Source of the DNA: Alphaproteobacteria bacterium
Lineage (GTDB): Bacteria > Pseudomonadota > Alphaproteobacteria > CAAGCB01 > CAG-977
Assembly (NCBI GenBank): GCA_024407875.1
Contig: JAKSVT010000003.1
Location: 19,563-83,562, forward strand
DNA length: 64,000 bases
Direction of reading: 5' to 3'
The translations under genes were made by a program, and so were the position numbers. This document shows positions 9,703-19,738 of this stretch, piece by piece. The first letter of the stretch is position 1, and the number at the start of each line of letters is the position of its first letter. Under the pieces are notes generated by a model that was given only the letters and a program-made list of their open reading frames with translations, made no database searches and was not told the origin of the DNA.

Positions 9703-10737
9703 CTAGTAAACTACTTGGCCATCTTCACCATCATCCAAGACGATGATTGTACCTTCATCTTTCAAGCGTTTAGCAACAGCCAATACACTTTGTTGTGCTG
9801 CATCGATATCTCTTAATCTCATCATAGGCAAAGCTTTGATGTTTTCTTCCATCATCTGACGTTGACGTTGAGACATAGATTCGAAGAACAAATTGCGCAA
9901 GATTTCTGAAGCGCCCTTCAAAGCCTTTGCCAAATCTGTAGCATCTGCTTGTTCGATCAAAGATGCAATACCTTGAGGTGGAACACGAGTAAGGTCTTCG
10001 AATCTGAACATGAATTTTTGAATCTTTTCTGCTGCTTGAGAGTTTCTTTCTGTTAAAGCATTTAAGAACTTTGAAGACTTTTCTTGATCCATTGAGTTGA
10101 AGATATGAGCAACAAATTCGTGAGGTTCTTGTCTTTGTGCATGTGTTAAGTTTGACATGAATTCAGCACGCAATGTTTTTTCAACGTTGTCTAAAACATC
10201 TTTTTGAATTGCATCGATTTGAAGTAAACGGAAAATTACTTCTAATGCTAAGTCTTGTTTAAAGTTAAATAAGTTAACTAAAACACGGCCGGCATGATCA
10301 GCTTTAATCTTTGATAAAATAACGGCAATTGTTTGTGGGTATTCGTTTTTCAAATAGTTCGATAAAATTTGATCTGGAATATTGCCAAGTTTTTCCCACA
10401 TGGTTTTACCTTTAGGACCATTCAAGTCATCTAACAACATTTGAGCTTGATCAGAGCTAAATGCTGATTCCAACAATTTTCTCGTTGTGTTGTAGTTACC
10501 TACTGTACCTGATTGACCTGTTGCGTGTTCAGCAAATTCACGAAAAATCTTTTCGATATCTTTTGGAAGAACGTGTCCGATTTCGTTCATGGTTCCTGTA
10601 ACTTCACGAACTTCATCCATTTCCAATCTTTTTAATACCTCAGCTGCAACTGAGTCTGGTAAAGACATTAAAAACACAGCAGCCTTTTGAGGGCCTGTCA
10701 TCATTTCATATGTTATGGTAGCTTTACTTCCAGCCAT
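9703..10737 (-). CDS. fliG: Flagellar motor switch protein FliG
   Basis: GPQKAAVFLM, EYPQTIAVILS, MFRFEDL, ALKGA, MSQR motifs. Confidence 0.95.
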   Translation of the reverse strand: MAGSKATITYEMMTGPQKAAVFLMSLPDSVAAEVLKRLEMDEVREVTGTMNEIGHVLPKDIEKIFREFAEHATGQSGTVGNYNTTRKLLESAFSSDQAQMLLDDLNGPKGKTMWEKLGNIPDQILSNYLKNEYPQTIAVILSKIKADHAGRVLVNLFNFKQDLALEVIFRLLQIDAIQKDVLDNVEKTLRAEFMSNLTHAQRQEPHEFVAHIFNSMDQEKSSKFLNALTERNSQAAEKIQKFMFRFEDLTRVPPQGIASLIEQADATDLAKALKGASEILRNLFFESMSQRQRQMMEENIKALPMMRLRDIDAAQQSVLAVAKRLKDEGTIIVLDDGEDGQVVY

Positions 10738-10760
10738 TGTTATATCTTCCTTCTATTTAG

Positions 10761-12380
10761 CTATTTATTGCCTTTTGTGTATAGCCATTCTCGAATAATA
10801 TCAACAGCCGTTTCTGGGTGTTCTTCAATTAATTCACTAATACGTTTTGATGTAGATGATCCTACTCTGTTTTCTACTTTTGCAATATCAATCAAATCGT
10901 CTAATTTATCACTATCTGTCAATGCTGTTCCTCCAGGTCCTGCAAGAGACTTTTGTTCTCCATCTGGGCCCATAATCAATTTTTCTTCGTCGTCATCATT
11001 AGATTGTTCAAACGCTTTAACAACTAAAGGCCTTACAACTAATAAGATTACTAATACAGAAACAATTGCTACGCCAATACCTTCAACCATTTTCATAACT
11101 TCCGCTTTTGTGAAACCCATAAATAATACAGGATCTTCTAATCGTAAAAGATCTTCAGGATTGAAGAACTGCATATTAACAATATCTACTACGTCGCCTC
11201 TATCAGCATCATAGCCAACAGCGCTTCTTGTTAATGTAGCTAATTGTTCGAGTTCTTCTTCGGTTCTTGGAATATACTCTTTTGATCCATCTGGATTCAT
11301 TTTGTAATTTCCATCAACAATTACAGCAACACTAATACGTTTTATGATTCCTTGTTTACGTATTTGACTTGTTGTCTTTTTAGAGATTTCGTAATTGTTT
11401 GTTTCTTTCGTTCTATTTGCTTGAGATTGAACTTGATTTATATTCTTTCCTTCAGCATCAGGAATGTTTTCTTGAACACTTACAATAGGTTCTCTTTCAT
11501 CTGTTTTAGATGTTTCTTCTTCTGTAACTGATGAACGCAAAACTTGTTCATCTGGATTATATGTCTCGTTATTAATTACTATTTGGTCAAAATCCATATC
11601 TAAAGTTACAGTTACCAAAACTTTTTCTTGTCCAACGGATTGTGCCAATAATTTTTGAACAGCTTGACGCAAACGTCTTTCTTGGTCTCTACGCATTTCT
11701 TCATTAGAGTTCATTTGTGCTTGTTCATCATCTTCGTAGTTGCTTGTTAATAAAGCTCCTGTTGTATCCATAATAGAAACGCTCTTTGTTTCCATTTTTG
11801 GTACAGCAGCGGCAACTAATTTTTGAATTGCTTCAACATTTTTAGGAGTTAACTTAAATTTTTCTTCCATTCTAATAATTACGGAAGCAGATGGCTTTTG
11901 TTCATCTTTGGAAAATAATTCTCTTTGTGGTAAAACTAAGTGAACTCTGGCTGTTTTAACGTGATCAATAGCGCCGATAGTTCTTGATAATTCTCCTTCT
12001 AAAGCACGAAGCATTTGTAATTTTAATACTTCTTGACCAACGCCAGGTGATTGAGCTTTATCGAAAATTTCATAGCCTACAACGCTACCTGCACCAACAG
12101 TTTCTGCTAATTGTACACGAAGCTTTAAAGCCGTTTCAATTGGAACTAAAATTTCAGTTCCGGATTTTGTTAAACGGTATTCAACGTTTTGCTCTTCTAA
12201 TTTTGTAATAATTTTTTTAGCGTCAGCTGTGTCTAATTCATTGAAAAGAACAGCCATTTCTTTTTTGCCTAAGTTTGTTGCTAAGAAAATCAAAAAGCCC
12301 ATTAAAAACAAGGCTACCGCGCAAAGGGCAACAATTTTAGATGTTCCTAAATTTTTTAAACTAGTTAGAAAAGAATTCAT
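10761..12380 (-). CDS. fliF: Flagellar M-ring protein FliF
   Basis: GYEIFD, RALEGELSRTI, ARVHLVLP, PSASV, RISVAVIVDG, GYDADRGD motifs; two TM segments. Confidence 0.96.
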   Translation of the reverse strand: MNSFLTSLKNLGTSKIVALCAVALFLMGFLIFLATNLGKKEMAVLFNELDTADAKKIITKLEEQNVEYRLTKSGTEILVPIETALKLRVQLAETVGAGSVVGYEIFDKAQSPGVGQEVLKLQMLRALEGELSRTIGAIDHVKTARVHLVLPQRELFSKDEQKPSASVIIRMEEKFKLTPKNVEAIQKLVAAAVPKMETKSVSIMDTTGALLTSNYEDDEQAQMNSNEEMRRDQERRLRQAVQKLLAQSVGQEKVLVTVTLDMDFDQIVINNETYNPDEQVLRSSVTEEETSKTDEREPIVSVQENIPDAEGKNINQVQSQANRTKETNNYEISKKTTSQIRKQGIIKRISVAVIVDGNYKMNPDGSKEYIPRTEEELEQLATLTRSAVGYDADRGDVVDIVNMQFFNPEDLLRLEDPVLFMGFTKAEVMKMVEGIGVAIVSVLVILLVVRPLVVKAFEQSNDDDEEKLIMGPDGEQKSLAGPGGTALTDSDKLDDLIDIAKVENRVGSSTSKRISELIEEHPETAVDIIREWLYTKGNK

Positions 12381-12595
12381 TTTGCAAATCCAAATATTTA
12401 CACTTATTCTAAGCTATAATATCGAAATTAGTTTAAAAATCTATTATAATTTTCATTTTTTTTGCTTTTTTCTAGTAATTTTGATGATTTTTTTGTTTTT
12501 GTCTTAATTTTTGTAAAAATATATATTTTTAATCTTAAAATTTTTATGTTTTTTAACGTTAAATTATATCAATTTTTAATGTTTGATTTTTGAAT

Positions 12596-12611
12596 TGGCA
12601 TAGAATTTGCA
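12596..12611 (+). promoter_or_regulatory. sigma54 (-24/-12) promoter of fliK-flgD-flgE
   Basis: TGGCAT-AGAAT-TTGCA, GG-N10-GC spacing, 34 nt before the fliK start; FlbD encoded nearby. Confidence 0.8.
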
Positions 12612-12645
12612 TCTTTATAACTAAATTTAATGTGCGAGGTGTGCC

Positions 12646-14664
12646 ATGGATTTATCGTTGTTTAATGTTTTGATTAGTACAAATAATGTAGATGCGGCTA
12701 ATTCTATGCCGTTTGGCGTATCTCCTTTGCCAGAAAATCAAGATCAAACACTCGCTGAGGGAGTGGGCAAAAGTGATGCATTTTTAAAGATTTTAGAAAA
12801 TGCAAAATTAAATAAAACGGATAGTTCTAGTGAAATTGTATTCAATTCTATGAGTGCTAGTGCTGAAAATGGTAAAAATGCTAGATTGATAGCTGCAGGT
12901 CGTGAAGTTACAAAAGATACAAAAATTGTTAAATTGTCTATTAAAAGAACACGTCCTTCAGAAATGTATGCTGATAAAAGAACTTTACGTAGAATTGAAA
13001 ACGCTCAAAGAAGAGAAGTAGCTAAAGCAAGTGATGAAACTGTTCCTCAAAGTGAATTTAGTACGTTTAGTTCTCAAACTGTTGAGGATACTTATAATTT
13101 AGTTGAACAACCACAAATGGTTCAAAATAATGAGGTTGTAACTACTAAACAAGGTGTTGAATTTAAAAATGATTTAGCTTGTGCTGATAATTTTAACATG
13201 GAAAATTCTTCTCATGAACCAACACAATTTTTTGTTTCTGAAAATGGTCGTATTGAGATTAAAGATAATGAAGTTGAATTAAAGGTTGAAGAGAATAATA
13301 ATCCTAAACAAATTCATTTTGGAAAAAAAGAAATTAAAACAAAAGATGTATCAGAATTACCTGAAAATATTGATGCTATATCTTCTCAGGTTATAAGTGT
13401 AAAAACTAATGAAATGAATAAATTAAATATCGAAGATGTAAAAATACACTTACCTGAAGATATTAAAGAAGCTAAAGTAAATGAAAGTGAAAAAGTAATT
13501 GAAAATGTTAACGATAATTTTGTTGATGAAAATAATGTTGAGACTAAAGAAACGAATTTTGAACCTTTAGTTAATGAAAATAAGAAAAGTGAAAATAAAA
13601 CTCCAATTAAAGCAGAAAATCATAAAACTGTTAAGGTCGATAATGATGTCCAAATAGATAATGAACAAGAAATTGATTCCCAGTTTGATTTTGATAACAA
13701 GGAATCTTTTACCCAGTTAGATACAAAAACAAAACATCATCAAGCTGCTATTATATCTGAAATGCTTCCTGAGGATGTTAATGTTAATATAAAAGTTCAA
13801 ACTTTTGGCTTTTCAGAAAAATTAAATAAAAAAGATGTCGGCGAAAAACATGATACTAGAGATGCTTTAGTAGAACAAAAGAAAGATACTTTTGATACAA
13901 ATGCTTTATTTAAAAATGTTGAACAAAAAGATGAAGCATCTAAAACAAATGTTAATGAAAAACATGAAGAATTGTTCAAATCATTAGATGGAAAAGCTAT
14001 AAATAATACACAAACTAAATCAAATGATGATTTTACTAAATTAGTTTTACCTACAATGAACAATGTAGAAAAGGTTGAAAATACAACTACGGTACAAGCA
14101 GCAAAAGCTGGCGTTTCTATGGTCGGTGAAACAAATAATGTTCAAACAAATGTTTTAGCAGAAGGCCAAAAGAATTTAAAAACATCTCCAAATGCGCAAA
14201 AAACTAATAATCAGCCTCAAATGCAAAAACAAACATATGAATTAGCTGATCAAATTAAAGTTAAGATTACAAAAGCTTTAAAATCAGGAATAAGCCGTGT
14301 TGAGGTTATTTTAAAACCAAAAGAATTAGGAACTGTAAAAGTTCAAATTGTAACAAAAGATGGAAGAACGGATATTCATTTAGTTGCTTCACGTGAAGAA
14401 ACAATGAAAGTTTTATCTAATGATATTCAAGTATTAAAACAATCACTAGCTGATGCTGGTATGAATATGGAAAACAGTACGTTTTCGTTTAGTTATGCAG
14501 GTCAATTTGCTGAAAAAAATAATCAACAAAATCAAGGAAATGATGCTGATAATAAAAAAATGGCACGGGATTTGCATGATGATAAACAGATAGCAGAAGT
14601 ATCTGCAACAGAACAAAAAGCCACGACGGTTTTAGGCAATCACGCTTTAAACATTCGGGTGTAG
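12646..14664 (+). CDS. fliK: Flagellar hook-length control protein FliK
   Basis: Long low-complexity N-terminus; C-terminal ILKPKELGTVKV...LKQSLADAG domain; upstream of flgD. Confidence 0.85.
   Translation: MDLSLFNVLISTNNVDAANSMPFGVSPLPENQDQTLAEGVGKSDAFLKILENAKLNKTDSSSEIVFNSMSASAENGKNARLIAAGREVTKDTKIVKLSIKRTRPSEMYADKRTLRRIENAQRREVAKASDETVPQSEFSTFSSQTVEDTYNLVEQPQMVQNNEVVTTKQGVEFKNDLACADNFNMENSSHEPTQFFVSENGRIEIKDNEVELKVEENNNPKQIHFGKKEIKTKDVSELPENIDAISSQVISVKTNEMNKLNIEDVKIHLPEDIKEAKVNESEKVIENVNDNFVDENNVETKETNFEPLVNENKKSENKTPIKAENHKTVKVDNDVQIDNEQEIDSQFDFDNKESFTQLDTKTKHHQAAIISEMLPEDVNVNIKVQTFGFSEKLNKKDVGEKHDTRDALVEQKKDTFDTNALFKNVEQKDEASKTNVNEKHEELFKSLDGKAINNTQTKSNDDFTKLVLPTMNNVEKVENTTTVQAAKAGVSMVGETNNVQTNVLAEGQKNLKTSPNAQKTNNQPQMQKQTYELADQIKVKITKALKSGISRVEVILKPKELGTVKVQIVTKDGRTDIHLVASREETMKVLSNDIQVLKQSLADAGMNMENSTFSFSYAGQFAEKNNQQNQGNDADNKKMARDLHDDKQIAEVSATEQKATTVLGNHALNIRV
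14561..14576 (+). promoter_or_regulatory. Internal sigma54 promoter within fliK, upstream of flgD
   Basis: Full consensus TGGCAC-GGGAT-TTGCA, 106 nt upstream of the flgD ATG. Confidence 0.72.
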
Positions 14665-14682
14665 AGGGAAAGGATTAGAAAG

Positions 14683-15510
14683 ATGACTACGACAGCGACA
14701 GGTATTCAGACGCTTTCGAATGCTGTATCTAACGGAACAGATTCGTCGTCTTCAAAAACAAAATTGTTCGATGATATGCAAGCGTTCTTGTATTTGCTTA
14801 CACAACAATTGCAATATCAGGATCCATTGGACCCAATGGATACAGCAGAATATACCAATCAATTGGTACAATATGCTGAAGTTGAACAATCTATTCAACA
14901 GAACTCATATTTAGAGACTATCATTAATCAAAATATTAATGCTATGTCAGCTCAATCTGTTAATTACATGGATAAAACAGTTCAAGCTTTATCTGATAAA
15001 GTTCCTTTACAAGACGGATATGCAAAATTTGCCTACGTATTAGAAGATGATGCACAAAATTGTACAGTAACAATTACAGATGCTTCAGGCAACTATGTAA
15101 AAAGTATTAATACGGAAACAACATCTGGCCGTCATGAGTTATCATGGGATGGTAAAGATAATAATGGTAATCAATTACCTGATGGGGCATATAAGATTAT
15201 TGTTACAGCTTCAAATCATTCTGGTGAAACAGTTGGTGTTAAAAAATATGCTTACGGTAAAGTTACGGGTGTTGCATATGATGGTGCTGATGTGGCTGTA
15301 GCAATGGGTGATGTTGCAGTAGATATGAATAGTGTTGTGGCTATCCATCCAAATTCAATTTTAGATCATGGAAATTCACAACAAAGAGCTGCAACAGATG
15401 AAATCTTAGACAAAGTTGAAGAGATTTCTCAAAACGTTGCTCAATTCGTAAATCAATATAATACAAATTTAGATAATAAAACCTCAGGAACGGCTGATGC
15501 CGCTGTCTAA
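14683..15510 (+). CDS. flgD: Hook capping protein FlgD
   Basis: FLYLLTQQLQYQDPLDPMD, WDGKDNNGNQLPDGAY motifs. Confidence 0.95.
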   Translation: MTTTATGIQTLSNAVSNGTDSSSSKTKLFDDMQAFLYLLTQQLQYQDPLDPMDTAEYTNQLVQYAEVEQSIQQNSYLETIINQNINAMSAQSVNYMDKTVQALSDKVPLQDGYAKFAYVLEDDAQNCTVTITDASGNYVKSINTETTSGRHELSWDGKDNNGNQLPDGAYKIIVTASNHSGETVGVKKYAYGKVTGVAYDGADVAVAMGDVAVDMNSVVAIHPNSILDHGNSQQRAATDEILDKVEEISQNVAQFVNQYNTNLDNKTSGTADAAV

Positions 15511-15540
15511 AACAAAGAAATTTTTTAAGGAGTAAAAACA

Positions 15541-18500
15541 ATGAGTTTATTTGGTGCTTTAAAAACAGGTGTTTCAGGATTAACGGCTCAATCTTCTTCA
15601 ATGACCATTATTTCTGATAATATTGCGAACGTAAATACAGTTGGCTATAAAGCTAATTCTGCAAGCTTTTCAACTTTAGTTACAAAACAAACATCTTCAA
15701 CAAATTATTCTAGTGGTGGTGTTTTCTGCCGTGTACGTGAAGGTATTGATGCACAAGGTTTGTTGTCATCAACATCTAACGCAACAGATATTGCTATTTC
15801 TGGGGATGGTTTCTTTGTAACAACAGCCGTAAGTGTACCTGACGGTGATGATATGTATTCATATACACGTGCAGGTTCCTTTGGTATTGATAAAGAAGGT
15901 TATTTGGTTAACGAAAATGGCCAATATTTACAAGCATGGACTTTAATGAGCTATGATGGTACATCTACAGCAAATACAATTACTGTAAACAACAATACCT
16001 ATATGAAAGCTTATACAGATACAAGAGGTAAAACGGTTTATATTAATGATAACATCATTGATGCTGAAAACTTGCAAGCTGTTAACTTAAATCGTATTGG
16101 TGGTACAGCTCAAGAAACAACAGAAATTCAATTCGGTGCTAACTTACCAGCTGACGATCCTATTTTTGATCCAGGTAATCCTGAAGCTGGTGGTCGTTAT
16201 ACATCTGCTGTATTAATGTATGACTCTTTAGGTAATTCTCACAACGTTGAAATGATCTTTACAAAGACAGGTACAGGAGCATGGGACGTTGATATGGGAT
16301 TGCCAACAGGGGTATCATCATTAGTTTCTTACTCAAATGCAGAATCAACAAATGATGCAAGTCCAGATGTTTATGCTGCAGCAGCTCAATTAGAATTCAA
16401 TAAAATTCCATCAAACCACTCAACAATTGGTATTGAAATTGAGGGAATTAACTATGTATTTGAATTCTCTTCAGATGGAACAAAATCATATAATCCATTA
16501 CCAAATGAACAAGTTATTATGGTTGATACTTCAGCTGGTATTGTAACAGTAGAAGATGCTGTAAAAGCTTTATATACTGAAATGCAAGGAATTTTACCAG
16601 GAGCAGGTAGATTTTCTATGGGCTCAAATGGTATGTCAATTCAAGTACGTCAATCAACAGCAGGTTCATCTGTAAGATTTAATTGTTCTGGATGTTATGC
16701 TTGTTTACAATCTCAAACAAATCCAGATCCACAAACAGGTATTGCAACAGGTTATTTTGAAATGCCTGAGATCGACTGGGATGTAAAAAATACAGCACGT
16801 ATTGAATTTACATCAACGAAGTCAAGCGACTACTTAAACAAAACTATTACTCTTGGCCAAAATATTTATAAATTTACAAATAAAGATGAAGTTTCTGATG
16901 GTATAATTTGCGTAAATATTGATAGTGCTGTTGATAGAGTAACAAATACTGTTGACGTAGTTAAAATGGTTGGTTTGTTAAAAGCAAAAATCAATGATAT
17001 AGAATTGGATCCAGAACGCTTTATAGCAAGTGGTTCAACATTAGAAATTGAACCAAATCCAACAGGTGAAAATATTTTATTAAATACAAGTGCTGGTTCA
17101 GCTTTAGTATTTACATGTAATATTTTAGCATCATATGCTAACCAAGTTGTAAATATTAATGGCAAACAATATAAATTTATTAAAGATGATTCTCATGCAA
17201 CAGGTGATGTTGATGGTGATACAGTATTTGTAAGCTTGGCAGGATTAGCTGGTCAAGATAGAACAGATGCATTGCCAATAGCTGTTGTTAATGAACTTAA
17301 AAATGCAATTGATGCTTACTATGCAAAGAATAATGACTTTGATACAGCAAACTATTTTGCTATTAAAGGAAATAAGATTACTGCAGCATCTGATGATATG
17401 AGCATGAGTGTTGAATCTATTCCTTCTTATAAAAAGACATTAACATTTAGTGAAACTAATGCAAAAAATTATGATAATAAGACAATTGATATTGATGGAA
17501 TAACATATAGATTTTCTTTATGGGATCAAACAGGTACTGAAGCTGATGGTACAGTAACAGTAGGTTTGTTAGATAAGGGAGCTATTAGTACAGAAAAATT
17601 AGATTTCGTATCTAGTGATGGTGTATTCCATTTTGATAAAAATCTTGTAGGTAAAAACCTAACAATAGGTAACAAAATTTACGGATTTAAGAAATATGGA
17701 GCTATTTCAGGAAATGAAATTGCTTTAGTCCAAGATCAACAAATTAAATTAGATAGTGTAGCAGCGGGTGATACATTAGTAATTAAAGGAACAACATACA
17801 CATTTAAAAATAATGCAGATGCTTCTGTAAAAACAGATGTTTATAAGAGTGATGCTACACATTGTTGTATTGCTAATGGAAGAACATTTGAAATTCCTGA
17901 TAAAACAGGTACTGGTACAATTACATATACTTTCTATGATCCAGCAAATTATGAAGCACATAAGACAGAAGATAACGTGTTTAAAGTAGATTATACAGGT
18001 TTGGATTTGGGAACAGAAAATGGTGTGCAAGCAGCTTTGGCACGTACATCTAACTATTTAAAGAGTTTGATGTCTGCATTACCTGATAGTTTAGGCAAAT
18101 CATCAGTATCAGAAACAGCAAGCACAGTTTCTTTATCATTCTCTCCATATTGCTATGTTGATTTAGATACATCAAATTTAGGAGAAACATTCTCAAGAAA
18201 TATTAATAAGTTAGATAGCAATACTCCAGCTTCATATTCAGATGGGACAACAGTAAACTTATCAGGAACAACGCTTGGAAAAATTACAGGAACAGGAAGT
18301 TTTTCAAATGGAGCAGTTGGTACTGAAGGAAATACTGAAGATGGTTCAATTAAAAATGTAACTGAATATATGACAAATTCACTTAAGACATTAGCTACGT
18401 TAACAGGAGGTAGTTATAGTGCAGGTGTAATTACATATAATGATAGTAACTGCTTAAAATTAGAAAAGGCTGCATCTATCGGTGATGATGTTTGTGCAAT

Positions 18501-19440
18501 TAGTTTAACAACAACATCTAATGCAGCAATGAATGCTTTAGGGGATGCTGCTGGTAAATTAGCATATGTTACATCTAATACAATGAATATTACATACGTT
18601 AGAGGTGAAGATGATCCAATTCCTGCTGAAAAAGCATTAATTGGTGATGTTAACCAAACAACAGATGGCAATATTACACCAGTAAATGTAACAGCAAATC
18701 AACAAGGATTGCAAAGTGCAGTTACAGTAACAGGTAAAAATAATGGTAACCAATCAGGTCAACCAGTAACATTTGGAGCTGGAGAAAAATCAACAGCTGG
18801 TAAGTTAGTATTAACTAATAAATTTAGCTTTAATAACATTAAAGCATCACAGGTTGGTAATAAAATTGCAGGTGTTTCATTTAACGCAGATGGTACTCCT
18901 TCAGCAGTTAATATCAATAATTTAGCTTTCGAATGGTGTAATGGTGCAGCTGATATGACAGGAAACTATTACGAAAGTACACAAGTTAATTTGTTCTTAG
19001 GTAATGAGAATACAGCAACAGGCTTGACTCAATTATCTGGAGCGTTTACAACAAACTTTATTAGCCAAAATGGTGCAAAGTTTGGTTCATATACAGGCGT
19101 TTCAATATCAGAAGACGGTGTTGTAACAGCAATCTTTGACAATGGTCAAACACGTCCTATTGCTCAAATTCCTGTGGCTACATTTGTAAACGCAAACTCT
19201 ATGGAAGCTTTGACAGGTAATATTTGGATTGAAACAACCGGTTCTGGCAATGCAACACTTCGTACTGCTGGAGAAGGAGGTTCCGGTACAATTACTGCCT
19301 CATCTTTGGAAGATTCAACCGTTGATATCGCTAACGAATTTACAAATATGATTACGACACAACGTGCTTATTCCGCAGCTTCAAAGATTATTACTACATC
19401 TGATGATATGTTGGAAGAATTGATTAACATCAAACGTTAG
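15541..19440 (+). CDS. flgE: Very large flagellar hook protein FlgE (1299 aa)
   Basis: ISDNIANVNTVGYK, DIAISGDGFF, YTRAGSF, YDSLGNSH, LEDSTVDIANEFTNMITTQRAYSA motifs, with a large central insertion. Confidence 0.93.
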   Translation: MSLFGALKTGVSGLTAQSSSMTIISDNIANVNTVGYKANSASFSTLVTKQTSSTNYSSGGVFCRVREGIDAQGLLSSTSNATDIAISGDGFFVTTAVSVPDGDDMYSYTRAGSFGIDKEGYLVNENGQYLQAWTLMSYDGTSTANTITVNNNTYMKAYTDTRGKTVYINDNIIDAENLQAVNLNRIGGTAQETTEIQFGANLPADDPIFDPGNPEAGGRYTSAVLMYDSLGNSHNVEMIFTKTGTGAWDVDMGLPTGVSSLVSYSNAESTNDASPDVYAAAAQLEFNKIPSNHSTIGIEIEGINYVFEFSSDGTKSYNPLPNEQVIMVDTSAGIVTVEDAVKALYTEMQGILPGAGRFSMGSNGMSIQVRQSTAGSSVRFNCSGCYACLQSQTNPDPQTGIATGYFEMPEIDWDVKNTARIEFTSTKSSDYLNKTITLGQNIYKFTNKDEVSDGIICVNIDSAVDRVTNTVDVVKMVGLLKAKINDIELDPERFIASGSTLEIEPNPTGENILLNTSAGSALVFTCNILASYANQVVNINGKQYKFIKDDSHATGDVDGDTVFVSLAGLAGQDRTDALPIAVVNELKNAIDAYYAKNNDFDTANYFAIKGNKITAASDDMSMSVESIPSYKKTLTFSETNAKNYDNKTIDIDGITYRFSLWDQTGTEADGTVTVGLLDKGAISTEKLDFVSSDGVFHFDKNLVGKNLTIGNKIYGFKKYGAISGNEIALVQDQQIKLDSVAAGDTLVIKGTTYTFKNNADASVKTDVYKSDATHCCIANGRTFEIPDKTGTGTITYTFYDPANYEAHKTEDNVFKVDYTGLDLGTENGVQAALARTSNYLKSLMSALPDSLGKSSVSETASTVSLSFSPYCYVDLDTSNLGETFSRNINKLDSNTPASYSDGTTVNLSGTTLGKITGTGSFSNGAVGTEGNTEDGSIKNVTEYMTNSLKTLATLTGGSYSAGVITYNDSNCLKLEKAASIGDDVCAISLTTTSNAAMNALGDAAGKLAYVTSNTMNITYVRGEDDPIPAEKALIGDVNQTTDGNITPVNVTANQQGLQSAVTVTGKNNGNQSGQPVTFGAGEKSTAGKLVLTNKFSFNNIKASQVGNKIAGVSFNADGTPSAVNINNLAFEWCNGAADMTGNYYESTQVNLFLGNENTATGLTQLSGAFTTNFISQNGAKFGSYTGVSISEDGVVTAIFDNGQTRPIAQIPVATFVNANSMEALTGNIWIETTGSGNATLRTAGEGGSGTITASSLEDSTVDIANEFTNMITTQRAYSAASKIITTSDDMLEELINIKR

Positions 19441-19542
19441 TAATTAAGAACAATAAAATAATTCAGAAAGTGTTTTGGTAGAATTTCAAAACAAAAAAAG
19501 GAAGAATTCCTTAAAATATAAATAGAATGTTTAGAAATTTAT

Positions 19543-19717
19543 GCCAGAATGGCGATAGCAGAAAGCTGTATTTCAATAGAATATTGTCGCCAGAATGGTA
19601 TACTTATTAGGTAAAGATATAGAATAATATCATATAAAAAATAGAATATTTGGTTTAGAAAGCTAGAAAGGTGATAGCAGAAAGCTGTTTCGACAGAATG
19701 TTGTCGCCAGAAAGGTA
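19543..19717 (+). repeat. Imperfect direct repeat, ~57 nt x2 (19543-19600 and 19662-19717), four hairpins per copy
   Basis: GCCAGAATGGCGATAGCAGAAAGCTGTATTTCAATAGAATATTGTCGCCAGAATGGTA vs GCTAGAAAGGTGATAGCAGAAAGCTGTTTCGACAGAATGTTGTCGCCAGAAAGGTA. Confidence 0.92.
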
Positions 19718-19738
19718 AAAAATCAAAATAGAATATTT

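Noticed and set aside
177-12380. Non-flagellar type III secretion system
   Set aside because: FliG, FlbD, FliK, FlgD and FlgE are flagellum-specific and the gene order is flagellar.
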